Positions 5,425 through 17,400 of a DNA stretch of 64,000 nucleotides are shown here, one piece after another. A model generated the notes under the pieces. The model searched no databases and was not told the DNA's origin. It was given only the letters and a program-made list of their open reading frames with translations. Origin of the DNA: Candidatus Woesearchaeota archaeon. GTDB lineage: Archaea; Nanobdellota; Nanobdellia; Pacearchaeales; JAHJTO01. The stretch lies in NCBI GenBank assembly GCA_964540065.1, contig CAZIKY010000001.1, positions 14,798-78,797 of the forward strand. Reading direction: 5' to 3'. The position numbers were made by a program, and so were the translations under genes. Positions within the stretch are counted from its first letter, which is position 1; every line of letters begins with the position of its first letter.

Positions 5425-8400
5425 TAATCATAAACTCCTTTTAGCTCTCCAAGCATCCACTCCCTTACCGCAGCAGAATTATCCCCTATGCTTTTTTTCT
5501 GAGATTCTTTTTTCTTTGATACCATTTTTACATTAGATTTAGCCGAACCGCTAAAGACCGATCTAATCCTAGTTGCATCTTTAGCCCCAATTACTGCTCT
5601 CTCGACTGGCTTGGAATAAACTGCTTTAATTTCCCCTGCAGTTTTATTAAGAATCGAAACTGGCGCAGGCAATATCTTTTCCAGTCTGAAAGCTTTGTCA
5701 ACTTTAGCTGCAAGTCCACTTATTTTTGACGGCTGCACTGAAAGCTGGATAGCCCGCTCTCTGCTCTTAAGATATCTCTCTCTTTCTTCCCGCACAAGAG
5801 AAGATATTCCCTTATACTTGTCGGCAGCAAACCATCCTCTCCTTGGAATTGGAACTCCCTCATTCCTCTGAGAGAATGAAACGATCTGGCTCCTTTCACG
5901 AGGTTTCATTATAGGATCCATTATTGCCGGACCGATTCCTCCAGAGGGCTTGACAATCTTAAGCTCTCCAGAAGGCCCTTTCTTCAGATATCTTTCAAGA
6001 TCTTTGTCAAGTTTGCTTCTGTCCTTCAAGCCATCCCACAACGAGGTGAATTCTTTCCTGATTCTGGCTCCGCTTCTTCTGAACTTTTCAGAAACCGGAT
6101 CTTCAACAAATGAAGGTTCAACTATAGGAGATAACTTAGAATCTTGCTTCTTGAAGTTAAACTTAAACTCTTTCTCAAACAAAGGAGCTTTCCTTTCAGA
6201 GATCTTTGAAGGGCTTAAAGGTTTATGAGGTTTAATCTTTATTTCTCTGTACTCTTCATTTCTTGAACTGAAGATCTTCTCCCCGATCTCGACAATAGAA
6301 GAAATTATCTGTGTCCTCTTCCTTGAATTCAGATAGCTGTTCAACTCTTTATCAAGATTATTATTTCTCGTACTTAAACTGTAAGGTACTTTTTGCTTTA
6401 CCAGAGACTTATTGCTTAGGCTCTTCTGCAGCTGTTCAAGCTCAAATTGAGATTTGGCAGAGGATAAATCAAGCCATTTTTCAGAGAATTTAGGTTTATT
6501 CTGCTCATTTTTCAAAGGAAGTTCATTAACATGGACATAAGAGCCTGAGCCCAACTGTCCTCTCTCGCCATAGAAAACCGGCCTCTTTACTCTCTCATGA
6601 TAATAATTTGTTTTAAAAGAAATAGTTCTGCTTATAGACTCTCCGAGTCTGTCGAAGTAGTTCTTGAAAGGAACATCATAGTGCTTTCTAATAACCCCGA
6701 AGATCCAGCCGTCAGTCCTTTCTAGATACCTTGTTATTACAAATTCGTCATGCTTTCTTCTTCTCCAAGCTATGATAAGCAGCAAGACTAAGAACAATAT
6801 CAATGCAGTCCACAAAATCATCTCCCAAGGAATCTCTTTCTTCTCCACTACTGGGGCAGGTGTAGGAGTCATACAGACTCCATTCTCGCAGTTCTGGCTC
6901 TTGCAGTCAGAATTAAGGTAGCATCTCTTTCCATTATCGCATCTTTCAGAGCAAGTCTTTCCTCCGCAGTCTACATCGCTTTCATCCTGGTTCAGCTTAT
7001 TATCTTTGCAGAAGCTGACTGGTGCAGCAACTTCACATTCTTCATCCAAGGCAGGCCTGTCATCAGTGGTTCCGCAATTATTCTGGTCACTGCAGAACCT
7101 GCTTCTCAATCCTCCAGAGCATGCGCTCCATTCAGTGCAGATCCAGTCTTCTTCACAAACCGGAGTCACAACAGCGCCTCCGCCACCGCCTCCTCCTCCG
7201 CCACCGGAAGGTGCAGGCGCTGCAGGAAGCACAACTGAGAAAGTTACATTCTTGCTGTCAAGATTTCCGGCACTGTCATTTGCAAATGCAATTAGGGTTG
7301 TCGAACCTTCAGGGAAGGTCACATTTACAGGAGAGGTGTAAGTGATATTTGTTCCATTGAAATTATAGAAAATAGTATTCACCCCAGATCCATTGTCCGT
7401 AGCAGACAGATTAACAAGGATAGACTGGCTGCTGTAAGTGATATTCTCCGGACTGTGTATTGTCACATTTGGTTTTATCGTATCCACTGTAAACACTCTG
7501 GTCGCATTTCCGCTGTTTCCTGCAGTATCGTTAACTGTAGCATTGAGAGTTATCGAACCTTCAGGGAAGGTTACAAAGTGTGTAGTGTTATAAACTGCAA
7601 AAGTTCCATTCCAATTATATCTTACAGTGTCAACAGTTCCATTAGGCCCATTAGTAGTGGTTAGGTTCACAAGGATTGTCGCATTATTGTATGTTTTGTT
7701 CTCAGGGCTTACAATCGTAACTGTAGGAGCAGTCACATCAACAGTAAAGGTCACAGTTGCAGATCCTAAATTGCCTACAGTATCATTAGCATAAGCCTTC
7801 AAAGTTATAGATCCTTCAGTAAAGTTAACTATTACTGGAGAGGTGTAAGTAGTGTTTGTGCCGTTCCAATCAAAGAATATCGTAGAAACTCCTGCTCCAG
7901 AATCTGTAGCGCTTATATTTACTAAAAGAGTCCGATTATTGAAAGTTGCTGTTGTAGGATGTATTATTGTAACAGTTGGTGCGGCCGAGTCTACAAAGAA
8001 CAAAATACTGCTTTCATTTGTATTTCCTGAAGTATCATTTGCAATTACAGTCAGGTTATAAGTTCCATTCTGAGGTGGCAATGTGAAAGTGGTATTGTAC
8101 TTATTGCCTGCAACGTTAGTTAAGTTAAACTCATTCACCGCATTGTCTGGATATCTTATTCTTGCGATTACATTATTAACTGCGATATTGTCCGTTACAT
8201 TTGCAGCCACTTCTATCACAGAAGATAAAGCGAAGAAGCTTCCATTCAAAGGCCTAAGATCAAAGACTACTGGCTTCGTTCCATCAGAAGCATTGAAGAA
8301 AGTTGTTTCACTGTTATTAACACTTCCACTAGAGTCATTCGCGAAGAAGCTTACATTGTATCTTCCGAGAAGCTCAGGTATTGCGAATGAAGCATTGAAC

Positions 8401-11400
8401 TTTCCGCTGCTTGTTGCTGGACCGCTTACATTTGTTAAGGTCAGCTGCTGCACAGTCCCATTAGGGAAAGTTACATTTGCTCTTACAGAGCTTACATTTG
8501 CAAATACAGTTGTAACATTAGCGGCGATTTCAATAACATTCGAAGTATTGAAGCTGCTGTTAGCTACTGGTCTAAGATTTTCAACCTTAGGGATTACACT
8601 TCCGAAAGTTACTGTAAGCTGGGCAAAGTCTGCTCCGAAAGCAGCATCATTTCCGTTAGTTGTAATGGTCACATTTATCTTATACCTTATTTGCACAAGT
8701 TTAGTTGTGCTATTTACGAAATCAACAAAAGATCCTCCTAAAGAGGTTGTAGCATTACCCTCATTGATAATGCTTCCATTATATGTTCCAACCTGCTGGA
8801 AAGCTCCTGCTGTCCAGTTGAATAACTCTATAGCAGTTGAATTCTCAGCTACTCCTCCTGGAGCGGATCCTCCGCATGTGAAAGCCCCAGTAGAATCATC
8901 ATTCAAGCAGTGCTCAAGCAAGAAAGTCATGTTTGTTATATCCGAAGCTGAAGCCCCACTAAGCACCCCGCTTAAATTATATGTCAGGTTAAGATGTGTA
9001 TTAAGATCGTTCTGAGCTCCAGCGCCATTGTTCCTTCTTACTGCAAAGTAAACTTGGTCATTTGCCTGTGTAGCAGCAAATGTATTTACCACTTCACTAT
9101 GTCCCTCTCCGAAAGGATCATAAGATCCTTGATCAGGGGTTCCATTTGTAGGATTTTGCTCGGAGAATCCAGGATCTGTAGCATTGTTAATCGTTATAGT
9201 GTAAGTTTCTCCAGGAGTCAAGTTTCTGACAAAGGAATATCCATCATTGCATGTAGTTGTAGAGATTGTAAAGTTCTCACACTTGTAAAGCACAGTTCCG
9301 TTCGCTACTGCAGTCAGGTTTATTGAAGTGAAGTTCAATCCAGAAGGGTCTATGCCGTATGTCTGGGCAAACAAGCTTGAATCGTTCGTCCTGTTTGCAA
9401 TCTTAATCAAAGCGTAAGGTGAAGTTTCAGAGTACCCAGAGACAATTAAAGAGGAGATAGTCTGATTTGTAAGATTTACTGTTACTGTAAGTATTCCAGA
9501 GGAATTCAAGATGACAACTTGAGCGTTATTTATAGAATCTCCGGCAGGATTTACTACATCAAACGTTCTGTTGCCTTCAACGACTCTTGTGAATATAACT
9601 GTAGTTGCATTATTGACATTATTCAAAGTGTCATTTGCTATAATCCTTACAAGATAAGTGCCCTTCTGATCTAGATCCGAGAAAGTGGTGTTGTATGATG
9701 CACTTATATTGCTTGTCTGAAGATCTGTTGTGCTTCCATTAGGGAAAGTGATTCTAACTAGCACAGTATCTACTCCCGTGCTATCTGTTACCAAAGCAGT
9801 CACGCCAACAGTATCGTTCACCCTAAATGTGCTTCCATTTGTTGGGGAAGTGATTGTAACTGAAGGGTTGTTCAACTCACTTACAATAAAGTGCGTCTTT
9901 TCAGTGTTATTCAAATTATTGCTCGTATCATTTGCAACAATAGTCACATTATACCTTCCTTGAAGATCACTAGGCACGCTAAAGCTGGCATTAAACTTGT
10001 TTCCAGAAGTATTGTTTAGAGTCAAAGTGTTTGTAGCTCCATCTGGATAGGTTATTGTGGCTAAAACAGAACTTACAGCAACATTATCGGTAACATTGGC
10101 TGCAATTTCTATAGTTGAACCTAAATTGAATGTTGAGCCATTCAATGGAACTAAACCGGTAACATTTGGATTGATTACATCTAATGCATTGAAGAAAGTA
10201 GTTGAAGTGCTATTTGCATTATTATTTGTATCATTTGCAATGTAAGTGATATTGTATCTTCCAATCAAACTACTTGGCACAACAAAAGATGTATTGAATT
10301 TGTTGCCAGTAACATTTGTCAAAGTTAATTGCTGCACAGTTCCATTAGGCAAGGTTATATTCACAATCACAGTAACTGGGCCGTCATTATCTGTAGCATT
10401 GGCTGCGATTTCTATAGTTTGAGATAAGTTGAAGCCGCTGCCATTTGTAGGCACTAATCCGAATACAGAAGGCTTGATTGTATCTCCAACAATGAAAGAG
10501 GTAGTTGTAACATTGACATTGTTGTTAGTATCATTAACAATGAAAGTTAAGTTGTATTGTCCTTGAGGTGTGCTTGGTATTGTGAAGCTTGTATTAAACT
10601 TGTCTCCAGTTACATTTGTCAAAGTCAACTGCTGGACAGTTCCGTTAGGTAATGTCACATTCACAAGCACTGTTCCAAGAACGCCATTGTCAGTTGCATT
10701 TACAGCAATCTCAATTACATCAGAGACATTGAAGCTGGATCCATTAGAAGGTATAAATCCAAAGACTGCGGGCTTGGCAGTATCGTTTGCTATAAAGAAT
10801 GTTGTTCCAGTGCCGTTCACGTTTCCAAAGGAGTCGTTTGCTACAAAAGTTAAGTTATATCTTCCCTGAAGAGCGTTAGGTATTATAAAGGAAGTGTTGA
10901 ACTTATCTCCCGTAGTATTTGTCAAAGTAAGAACTTGGACAGTTCCATTAGGCAAAGTCAAGTTGGCCTTCACAGAATTTATCTGTCCGCTGTTTGTAAC
11001 ATTAGCCGATATTTCAACCACATCCGAAACATTGAATTGCGTTCCATTAACGGGCCTTAAGTCGAACACGCTTAAAGGAGTAGTATCTACATTTATTGTT
11101 ACATTTTCGGGGTTATTTACATTTCCGGAAGTGTCATTAACGAATACGCTCACAACAGTTGTTCCTTCAGGGAAGGTTACAAACACTGGAGAAGTGTAAG
11201 TCTGATTTGCAGTTCCGTTAAAGAACAATATTGTACTGACTTGGAAGTTATCTGTAGCAGTTATGTTCACCAGGATAGTCGCATTAGTGAAATTTCCCGC
11301 AGATGGGCTGTTAATTGTTACTTGAGGCCTTGTAATGTCATTGACAGTAAAGTTAGTCTTCTCACTAGAGTTAACATTCCCAAATGTATCGTTAGCGATT

Positions 11401-14400
11401 ATTGTTACATTATAGACTCCTGGAACATTGCTGCTCGAAGTTGCAAAGATAGTCGTATAAGTTGCTCCAGACAAAGCCATTGTTTGATTCTGCACAGTTC
11501 CGTTCGGCAAGGTGAATTGAGCAATCACCTTATCAACAGATGTTGTTGCATCGCTTACTGTAGCCACAATAGTCGTTTCTTGTGTCTGATTGATAGAAGC
11601 TTTAGTTGAAGCTACTCCTGTCACACTTGGAGGCACAGAATCTATGAAGATCGTTACCGATTCTGTATCATTCAAGTTTCCAAAAGTATCATTTGCATAA
11701 ACTCTCATTACAGTTGTTCCTTGAGGGAATGTCACAAAAACTGGAGAGGCGTAAGTTTGATTTGCAGTTCCGTTAAAGAACAATACATTCTCAACCGCAT
11801 TATCATCAACAGCAGTTATGTTGACAAGAAGGGTTGCATTAGTGAAGTTGCCGCTTGCAGGACTTACTATAGTAACGTTAGGATTAACCTCATTTGCCAA
11901 AACGAAGAAAGTTGTACTTGTAGAATTGACATTATTTGTGGTGTCATTTGCAGTAAAGGTTATGTTATAGGTTCCAGGCAAGTTAGGTATGCTGAACGAA
12001 GTGTTAAACTTGCCGCCATTTGCAAGAGGGCCAGACACATTTATCAAAGTAAGCACTTGCAAAGTTCCATTTGGCAATGTTAAGTTAACACGCACATCAC
12101 TAACGGCAATATTATCTGTTACATTAGCCGCAATCTCAATATTTTGAGCCACACTAAATGTACTATTAGCAACAGGTATTAATCCGGAAACAGACGGTTT
12201 CTCACTATCTCCCCCTATGAAAGAAGTCCTAGCAGTGCTATTCACATTATTATTAGTATCATTAGCGATGTAGGTTATATTATATGTTCCCTGTATGCCT
12301 GAAGGCACAATAAATGAATTGTTGAACTTAGGGGTGCTTCCAACCTGAGACAAAGTCAAAACGTTTACAGTTCCATTTGGCAGAGTAACATTAGCTAAAA
12401 CGGCATCTATGACTCCATTGTCCGTAACATTTGCAGCGATTTCGACGACCTGGCTTGTATTAAACACCGAGCCATTTACCGGAAGTAATCCAGAGACTGC
12501 AGGGTTAATTGTATCTCCGACAATGAAGGTCGTAATAGTTGTGCTGTTCAGATTGCCATTTGTATCATTTACTAAGAAAGTCAAATTATATTGCCCTTGA
12601 GGAGTATTCGGAATAGTGAATGAACTATTGAATTTATCTCCTACAACACTTGCTAAAGTAACTAGCTGAGAAGTGCCATTAGAGAAAGTGATATTCGCAA
12701 TAGCTGAACTTATAACGCCATTATCGGTTGCATTTATTGCAATTTCAATCACATCTGAAGCGTTGAAGCTTGTTCCATTTGCAGGGACTGCCCCAAAGAC
12801 TGCAGGTCTAACAGTGTCATTTGAAATGAAGAATGTAGTCTCAGTCGAATTAACATTATTGCTCGTGTCATTAGCAATGAACGTTATATTGTATCTTCCT
12901 TGAGGGGTGTTTGGTAGAGTGAAACTAGCATTATACTTGCTTCCAGTAGCTAAGCTCAAGTTAAGCTGCTGTACCGTTCCATTAGGGAATGTTACATTAG
13001 CTCTCACAGAGCTAACTCCGAAGTTGTCGGTTACGTTTGCAGCTAATTCAACGGTGTCAGAAGCATTGAACTGAGTTCCTGCAACAGGAACTAAACCTAC
13101 AACAAGAGGTTTTGTTGTATCTCCGCCTATGAAGAAAGTTGTTTCCGTGTTATTTACATTGTTATTTGTATCATTTGCAATGAAAGTTACATTATATCTT
13201 CCAGCTATATTTGGTATGCTGAAGGAAGTGTTATACTTGTCTCCCCCAACATTTGTTAAGACAAGGTTATTTGTCGCACCATTAGGATATTTCAACTGGG
13301 CCTTTACAGTATCAACGACTCCATTGTCGGTCACATTTGTCGCGATTTCTATGCTTACAAGAGTAGGGAATGTAGTGTCATTTGGAGGGATAAATCCAAA
13401 GACACTAGGCTTTATCGTATCATTCGCGATAAAGAAGGTAGTTACAGAACTGTTTACATTGTTTTTAGTATCATTCGCGATAAAGGTTAGGTTGTACCTT
13501 CCTTGAGGTGTGTTTGGTATTGTGAAGGAAACATTGAATTTGTTTGCAGCACTGTGATTTGTTATCGCACTTACATTTGTCAAAGTCAGCTGCTGCACAG
13601 TTCCATTAGGGAATGTTACATTTGCTAAAACTGCACTTATGTTTGAAGATAAGTCACTTATATTAGCGGCTATTTCAACAACATCTGAAACATTAAATGT
13701 AGCTCCAGCATTTGGAGATACAATATCGATAGACGGGCCAAAGATATCGCTTACATTGAAGAAAGTTCTTTCAGTGTTGTTAACATTATTGCTGCTGTCA
13801 TTAGCAAAGAAGCTTACATTATACCTTCCGCCAAAGTCAGGTATTGTGAATGAAGCATTATACTTATCTCCCCCTGCGTTAACCAATGCAAACTCTTCAA
13901 ATGCCCCATCTGGATAAGTGACTGTAACTGAAACTGTGCTTACTGCCACATTATCTGTGACGTTTGCAGCTATCTCTATGACGCTAGTAGCTGCAAAGTG
14001 GCTTCCATTAACTGGGATGAGGCTAAATACTCTTGGAGCCAAAGTATCATTTGCATTAAAGAAGCTTGTTACAGAGCTGTTTACATTGTTATTTGTATCA
14101 TTTGCAATGTAAGTCAGATTATATCTTCCAGCAAGATTAGGGACAGTAAAGGAAACATTGAATTTGTCTCCAGTTGCATTTGTCAAAGTAAGCTGTTGCA
14201 CCGTTCCATTTGGCAAGGTTACATTTACAATTGCAGCGCTTATAACTCCGTTGTCTGTTATATTGGCTGCAATCTCTACAATATCTGCGATGTTAAATGA
14301 GCTCCCATTAATAGGCCTAGAATCAAAGACTGCAGGATTTATTGTATCTCCAACAGTAAATACTGTAACTACTGTGCTATTCACATTGTTGTTGCTGTCA

Positions 14401-17400
14401 TTTGCTATAAATGTAACATTATACTGTCCCTGAAGATCATTTGGAATAGTGAATGAAACATTATACCTGGAGCCGTTAGCCAAGCTTAATGTTAAAACAT
14501 TTACGGTTCCATTAGGCAAGGTTACATTTGCAGTAACAGAACTTACTGCGACATTATCTGTAACATTTACTCCAATTTCGATAGTGTCCGAAACATTGAA
14601 AGACGTTCCATTAGCAGGAATCACCCCGGATACTGCCGGAACAAGAGTGTCTGCTACAGTGAAGAAAGTCTTCTCAGAACTGTTTACATTATTGTTAGTA
14701 TCATTTGCAATAATTGTAACATTATAAGTTCCCTGCAATACTGGTATTGTGAATGAAGTGTTGAACTTGTCTGTGCCAGAAATTTGGCTGAGTGTTAGGA
14801 CATTTACAGTTCCATTTGGCAAGGTCACATTTGCAATTACTGCACTTATCACTCCATTGTCGGTTACATTTGCAGAAACTTCAATTATATCAGAAGTGTT
14901 GAAGCTGCTTCCATTTGTAGGCAACAGCTCGAACACGGCTGGCCTAATCGTGTCTCCAACTATAAATGTGGTCGTGGTGCTACTATTTACATTGTTATTT
15001 GTATCATTTGCTATGAAAGTTAAGTTGTACTGTCCTTGAGGTGTGCTTGGTATCGTGAAGCTTGTATTAAACTTGTCTCCAGTTACATTTGTCAAAGTCA
15101 ACTGTTGGACAGTTCCGTTAGGTAATGTCGCATTCACAAGCACTGTTCCAAGAACGCCATTGTCAGTTGCATTTACAGCAATCTCAATTACATCAGAAAC
15201 ATTGAAGCTAGTTCCGTTTGCAGGAACTGCTCCAAAGACTGCAGGATTAATTGTGTCTCCAACAATAAAGTTGGTAGTTATGCTGCTATTCAGGTTATTA
15301 TTGGTGTCATTTACTAAGAAAGTCAAATTATACTGTCCCTGAGGTGTGTTTGGTATTGTGAAGGAAACATTGAATTTATCTCCACCAACACTAGTCAAAG
15401 TCAGCAACTGAGATGTTCCATTAGACAAAGTCAAGTTAGCTATAACTGAACTTATTACTCCATTGTCTGTTGCATTTACTGCAATCTCTATTACATCCGA
15501 AGAGTTGAATGATGTCCCTGCTGCAGGTATGGCTCCAAACGCTGCAGGCTTTACCGTGTCATTAGCAATAAAGAAAGTTGTTTCTGTGGAATTCAAATTA
15601 TTGCTCGAATCGTTAGCAATGAAGGTTATATTGTACCTTCCCTGCAATGCTTGAGGTATCGTAAAGGAAGCATTGAATTTATCTCCCAACACATTTGTCA
15701 AATTCAAGACCTGTACTGTTCCATTAGGAAGAGTCACATTAGCTTTTACTGCACTGACTGCAAAGTCATCTGTAACATTAGCAGATATTTCTACGACATC
15801 TGAAACATTGAATGCCGTGCCATTTACTGGCTTGATATCAAGGACTGAAGGCCTTGCTTGATCTCCTCCTATGAAGAAGGTAGTTTCAGTATTGTTGACA
15901 TTATTGTTCGTGTCATTTGCAATGAAGGTAACATTGAATCTTCCATCAATATCTGGAACAGTGAAAGAAGTATTGAATTTATCACCCCCCACATTGGTTA
16001 AAGTCAAGGTATTGGTTGCTCCATTAGGATATTTGATCTGGGCCCTTACTGTACTTATTACTCCATTATCCGTTACATTAGCTGCGATTTCAATCACATC
16101 AAGACTTCCAAAAGTCGTTCCATTTGGAGGGACAAGTGCAGCAACACTTGGCCTTATAGTGTCATTTGCAGTGAAGAAAGTTGTATTCGTCCCAAGGTTA
16201 TTCAAAGTATCATTCGCTATGAAAGTAATGTTGTACCTTCCCTGCAGAGCATTAGGAATAGTGAATGAGACATTAAACTTGTTTGCAGCACTGTGATTAG
16301 TTATAGCACTTACATTTGTAAGAGTCAACTGCTGGACAGTTCCGTTGGGGAAAGTAACGTTTGCAATAACTGCGCTTAAATTAGAATTTCCGTCAGAGAC
16401 ATTAGCGGATATCTCAATTACATCTGAGACGTTGAATAAAGCTCCATCACTAGGAGAAGTAATTATTATTGATGGGGCAAAGACATCCCCTACTTCAAAG
16501 AAAGTCGTCTCAGTATTGTTGATGTTATTGGATGTATCATTCGCAAAGAAGCTTACATTATACCTTCCGCCAATATTTGGAATACTTAATGAAGCATTGT
16601 ATTTATTCCCTGCAGCATTTACAAGAGTAAGATCGACAGTCGCCCCATCAGGATAAGTTACTGTAGCAGAAACAAAGCTTACTGCCGCGTTATCCGTAAC
16701 ATTAGCGGCAACCTCTATGCTCGTGAGACTAGTAAAGTTAGTTCCAGCAGAAGGGATGAATCCAGATACCTGTGGAGCGGAAGTGTCATTTACTTCAAAG
16801 AAGCTTGTTACTGAGCTGTTTACATTATTATTTGTATCATTGGCAATGTAAGTCAAATTATATCTTCCAGCAAGGTCTGGAATAGTGAAGCTAGCATTGA
16901 ACTTGTCTCCAGAAACATTTGCCAAAGTTAAAGTTTGTAAGGTTCCATTAGGCAAAGTCAAGTTTGCCACCACTGCACTAATCACCCCATTATCAGTCAC
17001 ATTTGCAGATATTTCAATGACATCTGCAACATCAAATTGGCTGCCATTTACCGGTCTGACATCGAAAACTTCGGGCTTTATTGTGTCTCCTGCAACGAAG
17101 AAAGTTGTTTCTGTAGAGTTTACATTATTAGCAGTATCGTTCGCAATATAAGTTATGTTATATTGGCCTTGAGGAGTATTTGGCAGGGTAAAGGAGGTAT
17201 TGAATTTATCTCCCAACACATTTGTCAAATTCAAGACCTGTACTGTTCCATTAGGAAGGGTTACATTGGCCAAGACTTTGCTTATAGCAACATTATCCGT
17301 AACGTTCACAGCCACTTCTATTGTGTCTGAAACGTTGAAGCTGCTGTTTGAAACGGGCCTAAAATCAAAGACTAAAGGACTAGTCGTATCTGCTACATTA

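Larger units (their letters stand above)
5140..5440. repeat. copy B of the operator plus wHTH cassette
   Basis: See copy A; tandem with copy A and abutting the 3' end of the giant gene. Confidence 0.6.

Noticed and set aside
4991-5536. + strand ORFs 4991..5212, 5219..5536 and 26020..26262 (…CFSAVFHETPNSSAISLVVTTL…)
   Set aside because: Antisense of the three paralogous wHTH genes. The shared sequence reflects the repeated cassette, not a real protein family.
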